NCBI GenBank assembly: GCA_046754465.1 | Contig: JBHHVU010000073.1 | Location: 1-13,295 of the forward strand | DNA: 13,295 bases | Direction of reading: 5' to 3' | Source: Nitrospinaceae bacterium | GTDB taxonomy: Bacteria; Nitrospinota; Nitrospinia; Nitrospinales; VA-1 | Part shown: positions 1 through 8,436 of the stretch, in pieces | Position numbering within the stretch: position 1 is the stretch's first letter | Layout of the letters: every line of letters starts with the position of its first letter | Program-made: the position numbers and the translations under genes | The notes under the pieces: generated by a model | Told to the model about the DNA's origin: nothing | The model's input: the letters and a program-made list of their open reading frames with translations, nothing else | The model's database searches: none

Positions 1-60
1 GGCAGAGGGGCGAGCTGCCGCGGGCAGAAGGGCGAGCTGCCGCGGGCAGAGGGGCAAGCG
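1..60. repeat. 22-bp tandem repeat (about 2.7 copies, probably continuing left of the window)
   Basis: Units GGCAGAGGGGCGAGCTGCCGCG (1-22), GGCAGAAGGGCGAGCTGCCGCG (23-44) and partial GGCAGAGGGGCAAGCG (45-60). Each full unit contains the inverted pair GGCAG/CTGCC. Confidence 0.9.
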
Positions 61-105
61 TTACAGGGGCCATGGCGATTTAAAATCGTAAAACGAGGAA
101 GGAGG

Positions 106-468
106 ATGGGAAGTTTTCAAATATTGGCCGGACTGATCCTCATCCCCGGGTGGCTGACCGCCGGTGTGGTGTCCCCTTCCGGGGCCGATCTGCAACTCGG
201 CGAAAAAATTTTCATGAAACGGTGCAAGGTCTGCCACGGGGTCCGGGGCGACGGTAAAAGTTTCGCCGCCTCCGTTCTCAATCCGCCGCCGAGGAATTTC
301 ATATCCGAAAAATCGAAAAAGGAACTCACCCGGGAACGGATGATCCGCTCCGTCACCCAGGGGCGTCCGGGAACCGCCATGATGCCCTGGGAAAAAGTCC
401 TGTCCCCCAGGGAAATCCGGGCCGTGGTCCATTACATCCGCACCGTCCTCATACCCCCCCACGAATAA
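106..468 (+). CDS. Exported monoheme class I cytochrome c
   Basis: Hydrophobic N-terminal signal/anchor, heme-binding CKVCH (CxxCH), GRPGTAMMPW segment with the likely distal Met ligand, and purine-rich GAGGAAGGAGG directly upstream. Confidence 0.9.
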   Translation: MGSFQILAGLILIPGWLTAGVVSPSGADLQLGEKIFMKRCKVCHGVRGDGKSFAASVLNPPPRNFISEKSKKELTRERMIRSVTQGRPGTAMMPWEKVLSPREIRAVVHYIRTVLIPPHE

Positions 469-475
469 CCAAGCC

Positions 476-497
476 CAAGGGGTCAAGTCTCCCCTTG
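476..497. terminator. Hairpin between convergent genes, possible terminator or 3' stabilising stem
   Basis: CAAGGGG (476-482) pairs with CCCCTTG (491-497) around an 8-nt loop. There is no adjacent U-tract on either strand. Confidence 0.3.
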
Positions 498-530
498 CCT
501 GCAATTCAAAAAAATTGGCTTGACCGGCGG

Positions 531-839
531 TTATTTTTTCATCGTTTTACCCAGTTTGGATTCGATCGAGGCGATTTTGGATTCCAGCCGGCCTTGGGTG
601 CCGGCGCGGTAATCGATCTTGATCGAGCAGGTGATGCGGCGGCAGTCGGACCTCATTTTCTCGAAGCACCGCTTGACGACGTCCATGACTTCGTCCCATT
701 CCCCTTCCAGAACGGTGCCCATGGGGTTGAGACGGTAATCAATGCCGCTTTCATCGATGATTTTGAGCGAACGGCTGACGTATTCGCTGACGCTTTCCCC
801 CTGGTCGAGGGGGGTCATGCTGAATTCCAGAAGTACCAT
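531..839 (-). CDS. MTH1187/YkoF-like thiamine-binding protein family (DUF77)
   Basis: 102 aa with the family pattern EFSMTPL..GESVSEYV...LNPMGTVLEGEWDEVM...IKIDYR and the C-terminal K..S.E.KL. Confidence 0.88.
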   Translation of the reverse strand: MVLLEFSMTPLDQGESVSEYVSRSLKIIDESGIDYRLNPMGTVLEGEWDEVMDVVKRCFEKMRSDCRRITCSIKIDYRAGTQGRLESKIASIESKLGKTMKK

Positions 840-956
840 GATTTAAATTCCTTACAAAAATATTTGCTTGCATTTTAGGGGCGAAATATGAAATGATCAA
901 TAATTCAATCGAGATTCACGGGGTCTCGAAAATCCAAGTAAAGGCGGTAACAGGTA

Positions 957-2039
957 TTGCCCGAAATTCAAGAGTTACGTCGAAAAATCGACAAAATAGA
1001 CGATCAGCTATTGAAGTTGATCAATCGGCGCGCCGCTCTGGCGATCCAGATCGGCAAGGAAAAATCCAGGAAAAACCAGTCGAATCATTTCCACGTCCCG
1101 CACCGGGAACGGGAGATTATCGAGCGGCTCAAGCGCAACAACCCCGGTCCCTTTCCGGGCGAATCGGTGGAACAGGTTTTCCGGGAGGTGTTTTCGGCCA
1201 CCCTGGCCCTTGAAAAACCCCTGAAAATCGCCTACCTAGGCCCGGAAACCACGTTCAGTCATCAGGCGGCCCTCAAGCAATTCGGTCATTCCGCGGTCTT
1301 ATTTCCCTCCTGTAATATCGAAACGATTTTTTCCGAAGTGGAGCAGGGCAACTGCGATTATGGGATCGTCCCGGTAGAAAACTCCATTGAGGGCGTGATC
1401 AATCTGACCCTGGACCGTTTTGTGGACTCCCCGCTTTTGATCTGCGACGAACTCAAGCTGGAAATCTCGCTCAGCCTGTTGTCACTGGCGAAAGATGCCA
1501 ATAAAGTCAAAATGGTATATTCGCACCCGCAGCCGCTGGCCCAGTGCCGGAACTGGCTGAACCGGCACCTGCCTGGGGTGGAGCAGGTCCCAGCTTCCAG
1601 CACCGCAAGCGCCGCCCAACTGGCGAGGAAAAACCGGCACTCAGCCGCCATCGCCGGCCGGCTCGCCGCCGATGTGTATCACCTCAACATCCTCGCGTCC
1701 AACATTCAGGACTGTCCGGAAAACTTCACCCGCTTCCTCGTGATCGGCAGGGAAAAGGCCAGAAAATCGAAACGGAACAAGACTTCGATTATGTTCTCCA
1801 TCAGGGATGAAGCGGGCTCCCTGCTCAAAACCCTGGAATTGTTCGCCCGCAACAAAATCAACCTGACCAAAATTCAATCCCGCCCCCTGCGGAACAGAAC
1901 CTGGGAATACCTTTTCTATCTGGACTTCGAGGGGCATGTTGAAGACCCTAAAGTCCATCGGGTGATCGAAACTTTGAGCAAACAGTGCATGTTTTTAAAA
2001 ATTCTTGGGTCTTATCCGGAAGAGGGTCTGAAAACATGA
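957..2039 (+). CDS. pheA: Bifunctional chorismate mutase/prephenate dehydratase (P-protein)
   Basis: N-terminal AroQ domain (LRRKIDKIDDQLLKLINRR...RE..I), PDT motifs YLGPETTFSH, PVENSIEG, SHPQPLAQC and NFTRF, and a C-terminal ACT domain (INLTKIQSRP, YLFYLDFEG, LGSYP). TTG start. Confidence 0.95.
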   Translation: MPEIQELRRKIDKIDDQLLKLINRRAALAIQIGKEKSRKNQSNHFHVPHREREIIERLKRNNPGPFPGESVEQVFREVFSATLALEKPLKIAYLGPETTFSHQAALKQFGHSAVLFPSCNIETIFSEVEQGNCDYGIVPVENSIEGVINLTLDRFVDSPLLICDELKLEISLSLLSLAKDANKVKMVYSHPQPLAQCRNWLNRHLPGVEQVPASSTASAAQLARKNRHSAAIAGRLAADVYHLNILASNIQDCPENFTRFLVIGREKARKSKRNKTSIMFSIRDEAGSLLKTLELFARNKINLTKIQSRPLRNRTWEYLFYLDFEGHVEDPKVHRVIETLSKQCMFLKILGSYPEEGLKT

Positions 2040-2899
2040 AATTATTTAATCAAATCACCCTTGTGGGTGTGGGCCTGTTGGGCGGCTCATTGGCCAGAGT
2101 GTGCCGGGAACGCGGTCTCGTGGGATCCATCGTGGGGTTCGGACGCAATTCAGCCAACCTGGAGCAGGCCAGGGAACTCGGCGTCATCGACATCTGCGCT
2201 CCAGATCTATCATCGGCCGTGGAAAACGCAGACCTGGTGGTTCTGTGCTCGCCGGTCGGCACGATCGTTTCAAGGGTCAAGGAAATGCTGCCATCGATCA
2301 AACCCGGCTGCATCATCACCGATGTGGGATCGGTCAAGGCGCCCCTGGTCCGTGGCATCGAGGCCCTGGTTCCCAAGACGGTTCATTATGTCGGTTCGCA
2401 TCCCATTGCCGGGGGTGAGAAGTCGGGGCTGGCCGCTTCCAGTTCCCATCTTTTCCAAAACGCGAAATGCATCGTGACTCCCACGCCCCAGACCGACGCC
2501 GAGGCGCTCGCGCGGGTCTCGGAGTTCTGGCAAAAGGTGGGCATGGAGGTGCTGACCATGAACGCGGAAGAACACGATTACATTTTCGGGGCGGTGAGCC
2601 ACCTGCCCCACATCGTCGCCTACGCGCTGATGAACACAGTCGGAGAAATATCAACCAAAAACTACAGCCAGATCACCTCGTTGTCCGGTCAGGGTTTTAA
2701 GGACATCACCCGCATCGCCGCCAGCGACCCGGTGATGTGGAGGGATATCTGCGTGTCCAACAAGGAACCGGTTCTTACCTTGATCGATGAATTCCAGAGC
2801 ACCCTGCAGCGACTCAAGACCTGGATCGAAAAGGAAGATGCCGGAGCCCTGGAGCAAACCTTCGAAATGGCGAACAAGTACCGCTTTAACCTGATATGA
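2036..2899 (+). CDS. tyrA: Prephenate/arogenate (cyclohexadienyl) dehydrogenase, TyrA family
   Basis: Start moved to ATG 2036, which overlaps the pheA stop (ATGA). Motifs GVGLLGGS, TDVGSVK, HPIAGGEKSG, EHD....VSHLPH and DITRIAASDPVMWRDI. Confidence 0.93.
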   Translation: MKLFNQITLVGVGLLGGSLARVCRERGLVGSIVGFGRNSANLEQARELGVIDICAPDLSSAVENADLVVLCSPVGTIVSRVKEMLPSIKPGCIITDVGSVKAPLVRGIEALVPKTVHYVGSHPIAGGEKSGLAASSSHLFQNAKCIVTPTPQTDAEALARVSEFWQKVGMEVLTMNAEEHDYIFGAVSHLPHIVAYALMNTVGEISTKNYSQITSLSGQGFKDITRIAASDPVMWRDICVSNKEPVLTLIDEFQSTLQRLKTWIEKEDAGALEQTFEMANKYRFNLI

Positions 2900-2906
2900 A
2901 GAATGA

Positions 2907-3593
2907 ATGATTATCGCGATTGATGGGCCGGCGGGAAGCGGCAAAAGCTCGGTGGCCAGGATCATTGCCCGGAAACTCCATTATAACCATATCGATACCG
3001 GAGCCATGTACCGGGCCGTGGCCTGGAAAGCCCGGCAACAGGGCATCGACCTCAACCAGGAAGACGCGGTTTGCAGAGTGGCGGAGGATATTCGAATCGA
3101 ACTGGTCCCCAGGCCGGAAGGTCAGCAGGTTCTCGTCGATGGGGAAAATGTGACCGGCCAGTTGCAAAATGAGTGGGTGGGCCGGGGCGCCGCCACCGTC
3201 GCGGGACTCGGCAGGGTCCGGAAAACCCTGGTGGCCAAACAGCAGGAAATCGGGAAAAACGGCGATGTGGTCATGGACGGACGGGATATCGGAACCGTCG
3301 TGTTTCCCCACGCGGATTTAAAATTTTTCCTCGATGCCGATCCCCGGGAACGGGGGAAACGCAGGTACCTGGAGCTGAAAGAGAAAAACCCGGAGATCGA
3401 TCTCGACACCACCATCGAACAGGTGCAACAAAGGGATCACGAAGACAGGAACCGCAAAGTCTCGCCGTTGAAACCCGCGGACGACGCGATTCTACTCGAT
3501 ACCACCCACCTGAACATCGATCAGGTCGTTACGCAGGTTATGAACCGGATTCAAGCGAATCAAAACCATAAAAATTTTATCAACAGAAAGTGA
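2907..3593 (+). CDS. cmk: Cytidylate kinase
   Basis: IAIDGPAGSGKS P-loop, DTGAMYR, DGRDIGTVVFP and RD..D..R..SPL. Canonical position upstream of rpsA. Confidence 0.96.
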   Translation: MIIAIDGPAGSGKSSVARIIARKLHYNHIDTGAMYRAVAWKARQQGIDLNQEDAVCRVAEDIRIELVPRPEGQQVLVDGENVTGQLQNEWVGRGAATVAGLGRVRKTLVAKQQEIGKNGDVVMDGRDIGTVVFPHADLKFFLDADPRERGKRRYLELKEKNPEIDLDTTIEQVQQRDHEDRNRKVSPLKPADDAILLDTTHLNIDQVVTQVMNRIQANQNHKNFINRK

Positions 3594-3606
3594 GAACGGA
3601 TTGACC

Positions 3607-5316
3607 ATGAAAAAGCAAATGACCCTGATGGCCCCCGAGGAAGTAGATGAATTCGAGGAACAGGAAGAATTGTCTCCCGAGGACAAGGCCGCCCTCGAGG
3701 AAATGGAGGAATATTTCAAGGAAAGTCTGGGACAGTTCCGGGAAGGCCAGATCGTCCAGGGGACCGTCATTGCCCTCTCCAAGGACATGGTGGTGGTCGA
3801 TGTGGGCTTCAAATCGGAAGGTCACATTTCCCTTCACGAATTTCCGGATAACGGGAAAAACCTTTCCATCGGCGACGAAATCGAGGTGTATCTGGAACGG
3901 GTGGAAGACAACGACGGCAACGTCGTGTTGTCCAAGGAAAAAGCCAATAAAATTAAAATTTGGGATGAACTGGTTAAAACCTACGAGGCCGATGAAACCA
4001 TCGAGGGCACGGTGATCGCCAAGGCCAAGGGCGGGCTCACCGTCGATATCGGACTCAAGGCCTTTTTGCCCGGATCGCAAATTGACCTGCGGCCCATCCG
4101 GAATCTGGAAAAGCTGATCGGTGAAAAGTTCAAGATGAAGATCATCAAAATGAATAAAAAACGCGGGAACATCGTCCTCTCGCGCAGAATCCTCCTGGAA
4201 GAGCAGCGCAAACAACTGCGGGAAGGAACCCTCGAGCAGATGGAGGAGGGAAACCTGATCGAAGGAATCGTCAAGAACATCACCGAATACGGCGTGTTCA
4301 TCGACCTGGGAGGAATGGACGGTCTCTTGCACATCACCGATATGTCCTGGGGGCGTGTCAATCATCCCTCCGAAATGTTTTCCATCGGCGACAAGGTCAA
4401 GGTGATGGTCCTGAAATATGACAAGGAAAAAGAGCGGGTCTCCCTGGGACTCAAACAGATCACCCCCGATCCCTGGGTGGATGTGGAGAATAAATTTCCC
4501 GTGGAAACCACCATCAAGGGCAAGGTGGTCAGCATCACCGATTACGGGGTTTTCGTGGAGTTGGAAAAAGGCATTGAAGGGCTGGTCCATATCTCCGAAA
4601 TGAGCTGGAGCCGGCACGTCAAACACCCGAGCAAGATGGTTTCCATCGGCGATGAGGTGGAGGCCGTCGTCCTCACCCTGGACAAGGAGAGAAAGCGGAT
4701 CTCCCTTGGCATGAAACAGATCGAGCCCAATCCCTGGGAACTCATCGACGAGAAATATCCCATCGGTTCCGAGGTCGAGGGAACCGTCCGAAACCTGACC
4801 GATTTCGGCGCCTTCGTTGAATTGGAGGATGGGGTCGACGGATTGATCCACATATCGGACCTGAGCTGGAAAAAGATCAAGCATCCCTCGGAGGTCTTGA
4901 AAAAGAAGGACCGGGTGAGATCGGTGGTGTTGAGCATTGACAAGGACAACTGCCGGATTTCGCTGGGGGTCAAACAGTTGGAACCCGACCCCTGGGATGA
5001 CATCGCCAAGAATTATCCGGTCGGGACGGATGTTGAGGGCGCCATCATCAAGGTCACGGGATTCGGGGCTTTCGCGGAATTCGGGGATGGGCTGGAAGGG
5101 TTGATCCACGTCTCCCAATTGAGTTCGGAAAAGGTTTCACATCCCGACCAGGTCGTCAAGGTGGGGGACTCAATCCAGGCCAAAGTCATCAAGGTCGATA
5201 CCTCGAACAAGAAAATTGCGCTCAGTATCAAGGCCTTCGAGGAAAAACTCGACATCAACGCCATCCAAGAGGAACAGGCGCAACTGGAAAATATAAAGGA
5301 AGAGGAAGGTCAATAA
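3607..5316 (+). CDS. rpsA: 30S ribosomal protein S1
   Basis: Six S1 repeats (VDVGFKSEG; AFLPGSQID; DGLLHITDMSW; EGLVHISEMSW; DGLIHISDLSW; EGLIHVSQLS). ATG 3607 is preferred over TTG 3601 because a GGA lies 6 nt upstream; the start is uncertain. Confidence 0.97.
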   Translation: MKKQMTLMAPEEVDEFEEQEELSPEDKAALEEMEEYFKESLGQFREGQIVQGTVIALSKDMVVVDVGFKSEGHISLHEFPDNGKNLSIGDEIEVYLERVEDNDGNVVLSKEKANKIKIWDELVKTYEADETIEGTVIAKAKGGLTVDIGLKAFLPGSQIDLRPIRNLEKLIGEKFKMKIIKMNKKRGNIVLSRRILLEEQRKQLREGTLEQMEEGNLIEGIVKNITEYGVFIDLGGMDGLLHITDMSWGRVNHPSEMFSIGDKVKVMVLKYDKEKERVSLGLKQITPDPWVDVENKFPVETTIKGKVVSITDYGVFVELEKGIEGLVHISEMSWSRHVKHPSKMVSIGDEVEAVVLTLDKERKRISLGMKQIEPNPWELIDEKYPIGSEVEGTVRNLTDFGAFVELEDGVDGLIHISDLSWKKIKHPSEVLKKKDRVRSVVLSIDKDNCRISLGVKQLEPDPWDDIAKNYPVGTDVEGAIIKVTGFGAFAEFGDGLEGLIHVSQLSSEKVSHPDQVVKVGDSIQAKVIKVDTSNKKIALSIKAFEEKLDINAIQEEQAQLENIKEEEGQ

Positions 5317-5335
5317 TCTTTAATCGGGTGAACCT

Positions 5336-6259
5336 ATGGAAACCGATTCCACGGACCGCGCCGGTTCCACTCCTCCCCGGAGGTCTTTCGGAAGGACCCT
5401 GATTCTTTTCCTCATCGGGGTGGGAATTCTTCTTGGGGTGTCCACGGGGATCCTGTCGCTTTTGCCGGATGAGGTCACGGCCCGCAACAATCGCATCGCG
5501 CTGGTGGAAGTTCGTGGAATGATCACCGATTCCCGGGAGGTTGTCCGGCAATTGCTCGAATACAAGGACGATCAGAACGTCCGTGGAATCATTTTAAGGA
5601 TCGATTCCCCGGGGGGCGCCGTGGCCCCCTCCCAGGAAATCTACAGCGCGGTTCTCAAGGTCCGGAAAAGCCAGAAAAAAATCTTCGCCTCCCTGGGAAG
5701 CGTTGCGGCTTCCGGCGGTTATTACATCGCCAGCCCCGCCGATTATATTTTCGCCAATCCCGGAACACTGACAGGCAGTATCGGCGTGATCATGGCCTTT
5801 TCCAACGTCCAGGAACTTATCGGCAAAATCGGAATCCGCCCCGAAATCATCAAAAGCGGAAAATTCAAGGACGCCGGCTCGCCGGTGCGGCCCATTTCCA
5901 AGGAAGAGCGGAAGCTCCTCCAAAATCTGGTGGATGATGTTCACCAGCAATTCATCCAGGACGTCGCCCAGGGAAGAAACCTGCCCGTCGGCACCGTGAA
6001 AAGTCTGGCGGACGGCAGAATCTTTACCGGGAGACAAGCACTGGAAATGAAAATGGTGGACCAGCTTGGAGGCCTGCAGGATACGATCGATCTTCTCGCG
6101 GAACAGGCGGGCATCCACGGCCGTCCAAAAATTATACAGGAAGAAAAATCCCTCCGCTTTCTGGACTGGCTGTTACAAGCTTCCATTGCCAGAAAGATCA
6201 CCGAATCGCTGGATCCATCCTCCTTTTCCCCGCTCCAATATCTCTGGAAGATTCAATAA
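5336..6259 (+). CDS. sppA: Signal peptide peptidase SppA, short single-domain type (peptidase S49)
   Basis: N-terminal TM segment, LRIDSPGG, AASGGYY with the catalytic Ser, TGSIGV, KSGKFKD and ADGRIFTGRQA. Confidence 0.93.
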   Translation: METDSTDRAGSTPPRRSFGRTLILFLIGVGILLGVSTGILSLLPDEVTARNNRIALVEVRGMITDSREVVRQLLEYKDDQNVRGIILRIDSPGGAVAPSQEIYSAVLKVRKSQKKIFASLGSVAASGGYYIASPADYIFANPGTLTGSIGVIMAFSNVQELIGKIGIRPEIIKSGKFKDAGSPVRPISKEERKLLQNLVDDVHQQFIQDVAQGRNLPVGTVKSLADGRIFTGRQALEMKMVDQLGGLQDTIDLLAEQAGIHGRPKIIQEEKSLRFLDWLLQASIARKITESLDPSSFSPLQYLWKIQ

Positions 6260-6528
6260 ATCAAATAAATTATATGGACGCCCGGGCTTCCGGGGGCGGC
6301 GAACCGCCGCTGGTGGTATTGTCATACTTTATATGGCAGACCGAGGTTGACTGGCGATGATGCCTTGACCGATCTCCCTCCCCCGTGGGGGGCGGCACCC
6401 TTCCCCTTCCTGGCCTCACTTATCCATCCCCCCTTTGCGCCACCGGTGTCACGGTGGGGAAATTATAATTGGAACCGGGGGAACCCAATACGCCAAGAAA
6501 AAAGCTGAAAGACCCTATTTCAAAGGGC

Positions 6529-6556
6529 TTGACTTCATTGGCTTTAGTGCTATACT
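6529..6556 (+). promoter_or_regulatory. Sigma70-like promoter for ihfB
   Basis: TTGACT (6529-6534), 16-bp spacer, TG at 6548-6549 (extended -10) and TATACT (6551-6556), about 60 nt upstream of ATG 6619. Confidence 0.7.
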
Positions 6557-6618
6557 TTCCAGCGAAATTTAATCCTGTTTATTCCACCAATATTATTTCG
6601 CAAGGGCGGGGGCTTTTT

Positions 6619-6897
6619 ATGACAAAGGCAGAGCTCGTGGAGAAAGTGGCTAATCAGATCAACCTGACTAAAAAGCAGACGGAAGTGGTTGTAAACACGG
6701 TTTTTCAAAGCATTACCGAGTCGCTCAGTGAGGGGCAAAAGGTGGAACTGCGAGGTTTTGGAAGTTTCCGAATCCGGGAAAGAAACGCGAGGATCGGCCG
6801 AAATCCGAAATCCGGAGACAAGGTGGATGTGCCCGCCAAAAGGGTGCCTTTTTTCAAGGCAGGCAAAGAATTGCGGGAACTCGTTGATGGTGAATAG
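6619..6897 (+). CDS. ihfB: Integration host factor beta / HU-family DNA-binding protein
   Basis: True start ATG 6619 (MTKAELVEKVA). Motifs KVELRGFGSF, GRNPKSG and VPFFKAGKELRE. The rpsA-(sppA)-ihfB context supports the beta subunit, but HU is not fully excluded. Confidence 0.85.
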   Translation: MTKAELVEKVANQINLTKKQTEVVVNTVFQSITESLSEGQKVELRGFGSFRIRERNARIGRNPKSGDKVDVPAKRVPFFKAGKELRELVDGE

Positions 6898-7305
6898 CCT
6901 GTAAGATTCCACCATCTGGATAACAAACTGACCTGGAGCAACAAGGGCAATGCCTTACAATCGCCAGGCGTGCATGCCCCTTTCTCCCAAGTCACAGGAT
7001 GGTCCGCAACCGGGCCGTTTCCCCCTCCTTGTCTCGCCACATATTGTAACGAACTTCCCCAAGGATTTTCCCCTCAACCACGAGTGCCTCATTTGGCAGG
7101 GTCACCTCATATCCAATAGGTTGAATTTTAAAAACTTCCAAAATCACAAGCCACTTTTGAAGCTCCACTCCCTCTTGTCCCGGTTTACTGAAACGCGACG
7201 CTTTTCATGTCTGACAGGACAGGATAACCTTTACGAAAAGTTCCACCGGCGGGTGGATAGTGGTAAAAATCAGCCAAATCGTCAATCTGTTAAATAACGA
7301 ACCTC

Positions 7306-8379
7306 ATGACGGGAAACAGTTTTGGTAAAATATTCAAGATATCCACCTGGGGAGAGTCGCACGGAAGGGGCCTCGGGGTAGTCGTGGAAGGGTGTCCCGC
7401 CGGTCTGGCCATTAAGGAATCGGAAATCCAAAGGGAACTCGATCGCAGGAAAACCGGGCAAAGCAAGGTGACGACGACCCGCAAGGAAGGGGATGAGATC
7501 CGCATCCTGTCCGGCGTGTTCCAGGGAAAAACCACCGGAATGCCAATTTCCATGTGGGTGGAGAATCGGGATGTGGATTCCTCGAAGTACGAGCTGATCA
7601 AGAACGTATACCGCCCCGGTCACGCCGATTTCACCTACCAGGCGAAGTATGGGTTCCGGGACTACCGGGGCGGGGGCCGGGCCAGCGCCCGTGAAACCGT
7701 GGGCCGGGTCGCCGCTGGGGCCATCGCCAGAAAACTCCTTCGCCGGCACAAAATCACCATCACCGGCTACACCCGGCAAATCGGACCCCATATCGCGGAG
7801 AAAATCGATTACAGCGAAATCGAAAACAATATCATCCGCTGTCCCGACAAAACCATGGCCGAAAAAATGACCGCGCATATTCTCAAGGCCAGGAAGAAAG
7901 GCGATTCCGTCGGCGGGGTGGTCGAGGTTGTGGCCCAGGGGGTGCCGCCGGGGCTCGGCGAACCGGTCTTCGACAAACTCGATGCCGACCTCGCCAAGGC
8001 CCTCATGAGCATCCCCGCCGTCAAGGGCGTGGAAATCGGGGTGGGTTTCCAGGCCGCGCGAATGACTGGGTCCCAGTGCAACGATGCCTTCATCATGAAA
8101 GGGAAAAAAGTGACCACCCGGTCCAACAACGCCGGGGGAATTCTGGGAGGCATCTCCAACGGAGCCGACATCGTGTTGCGGTTGGTAGTCAAGCCCACCT
8201 CGTCGATCAACCAGGAGCAAGACACCGTTACCGTGAGCGGGAAAAAAGCCCGGATCCGGGTCGAGGGACGCCATGACCCCTGCATTTGTCCCAGGGCAGT
8301 GCCTATCGCCGAATCCATGGTGGCGTTGACCTTGATCGACCATTACTTGCGAAATCAACTTTCCCGGCTCGGGAAATAA
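7306..8379 (+). CDS. aroC: Chorismate synthase
   Basis: [45 protein letters not shown] and GRHDPC signatures. Confidence 0.97.
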   Translation: MTGNSFGKIFKISTWGESHGRGLGVVVEGCPAGLAIKESEIQRELDRRKTGQSKVTTTRKEGDEIRILSGVFQGKTTGMPISMWVENRDVDSSKYELIKNVYRPGHADFTYQAKYGFRDYRGGGRASARETVGRVAAGAIARKLLRRHKITITGYTRQIGPHIAEKIDYSEIENNIIRCPDKTMAEKMTAHILKARKKGDSVGGVVEVVAQGVPPGLGEPVFDKLDADLAKALMSIPAVKGVEIGVGFQAARMTGSQCNDAFIMKGKKVTTRSNNAGGILGGISNGADIVLRLVVKPTSSINQEQDTVTVSGKKARIRVEGRHDPCICPRAVPIAESMVALTLIDHYLRNQLSRLGK

Positions 8380-8436
8380 ATGTTTGAGGCCCTTCCCGCC
8401 GGAATCCTTCTGGGAAAAATGCGGAAGGTCTAACCC

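Noticed and set aside
1..60. CRISPR interpretation of the 22-bp repeat
   Set aside because: Units are directly adjacent with no spacers, and there are no cas genes in the window.
3863..4652. Recurrent TTTCCATCGGCGA motif in rpsA
   Set aside because: Reflects the repeated S1 domains (SIGD), not a separate DNA repeat element.
3580..5118. 512-aa minus-strand ORF
   Set aside because: Antisense shadow of rpsA, explained by codon bias; no recognisable motifs.
6259..6534. IHF-site-like motifs (AATCAA-N5-TTA at 6259; TTTCAA-N5-TTG at 6518)
   Set aside because: Neither fits WATCAA-N4-TTR without a spacing error or two mismatches. Autoregulation is plausible but not supportable from the sequence.
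6469..6618. 50-aa N-terminal extension of ihfB in the ORF track
   Set aside because: It runs across the predicted promoter, and the family start MTKAEL is at 6619.
6420..7260. DnaA-box-like words near ihfB
   Set aside because: Scattered, with one or more mismatches to TTATCCACA and no dense cluster or origin context.
6950..7297. 115-aa + strand intergenic ORF
   Set aside because: Atypical composition, no motif and no convincing RBS.
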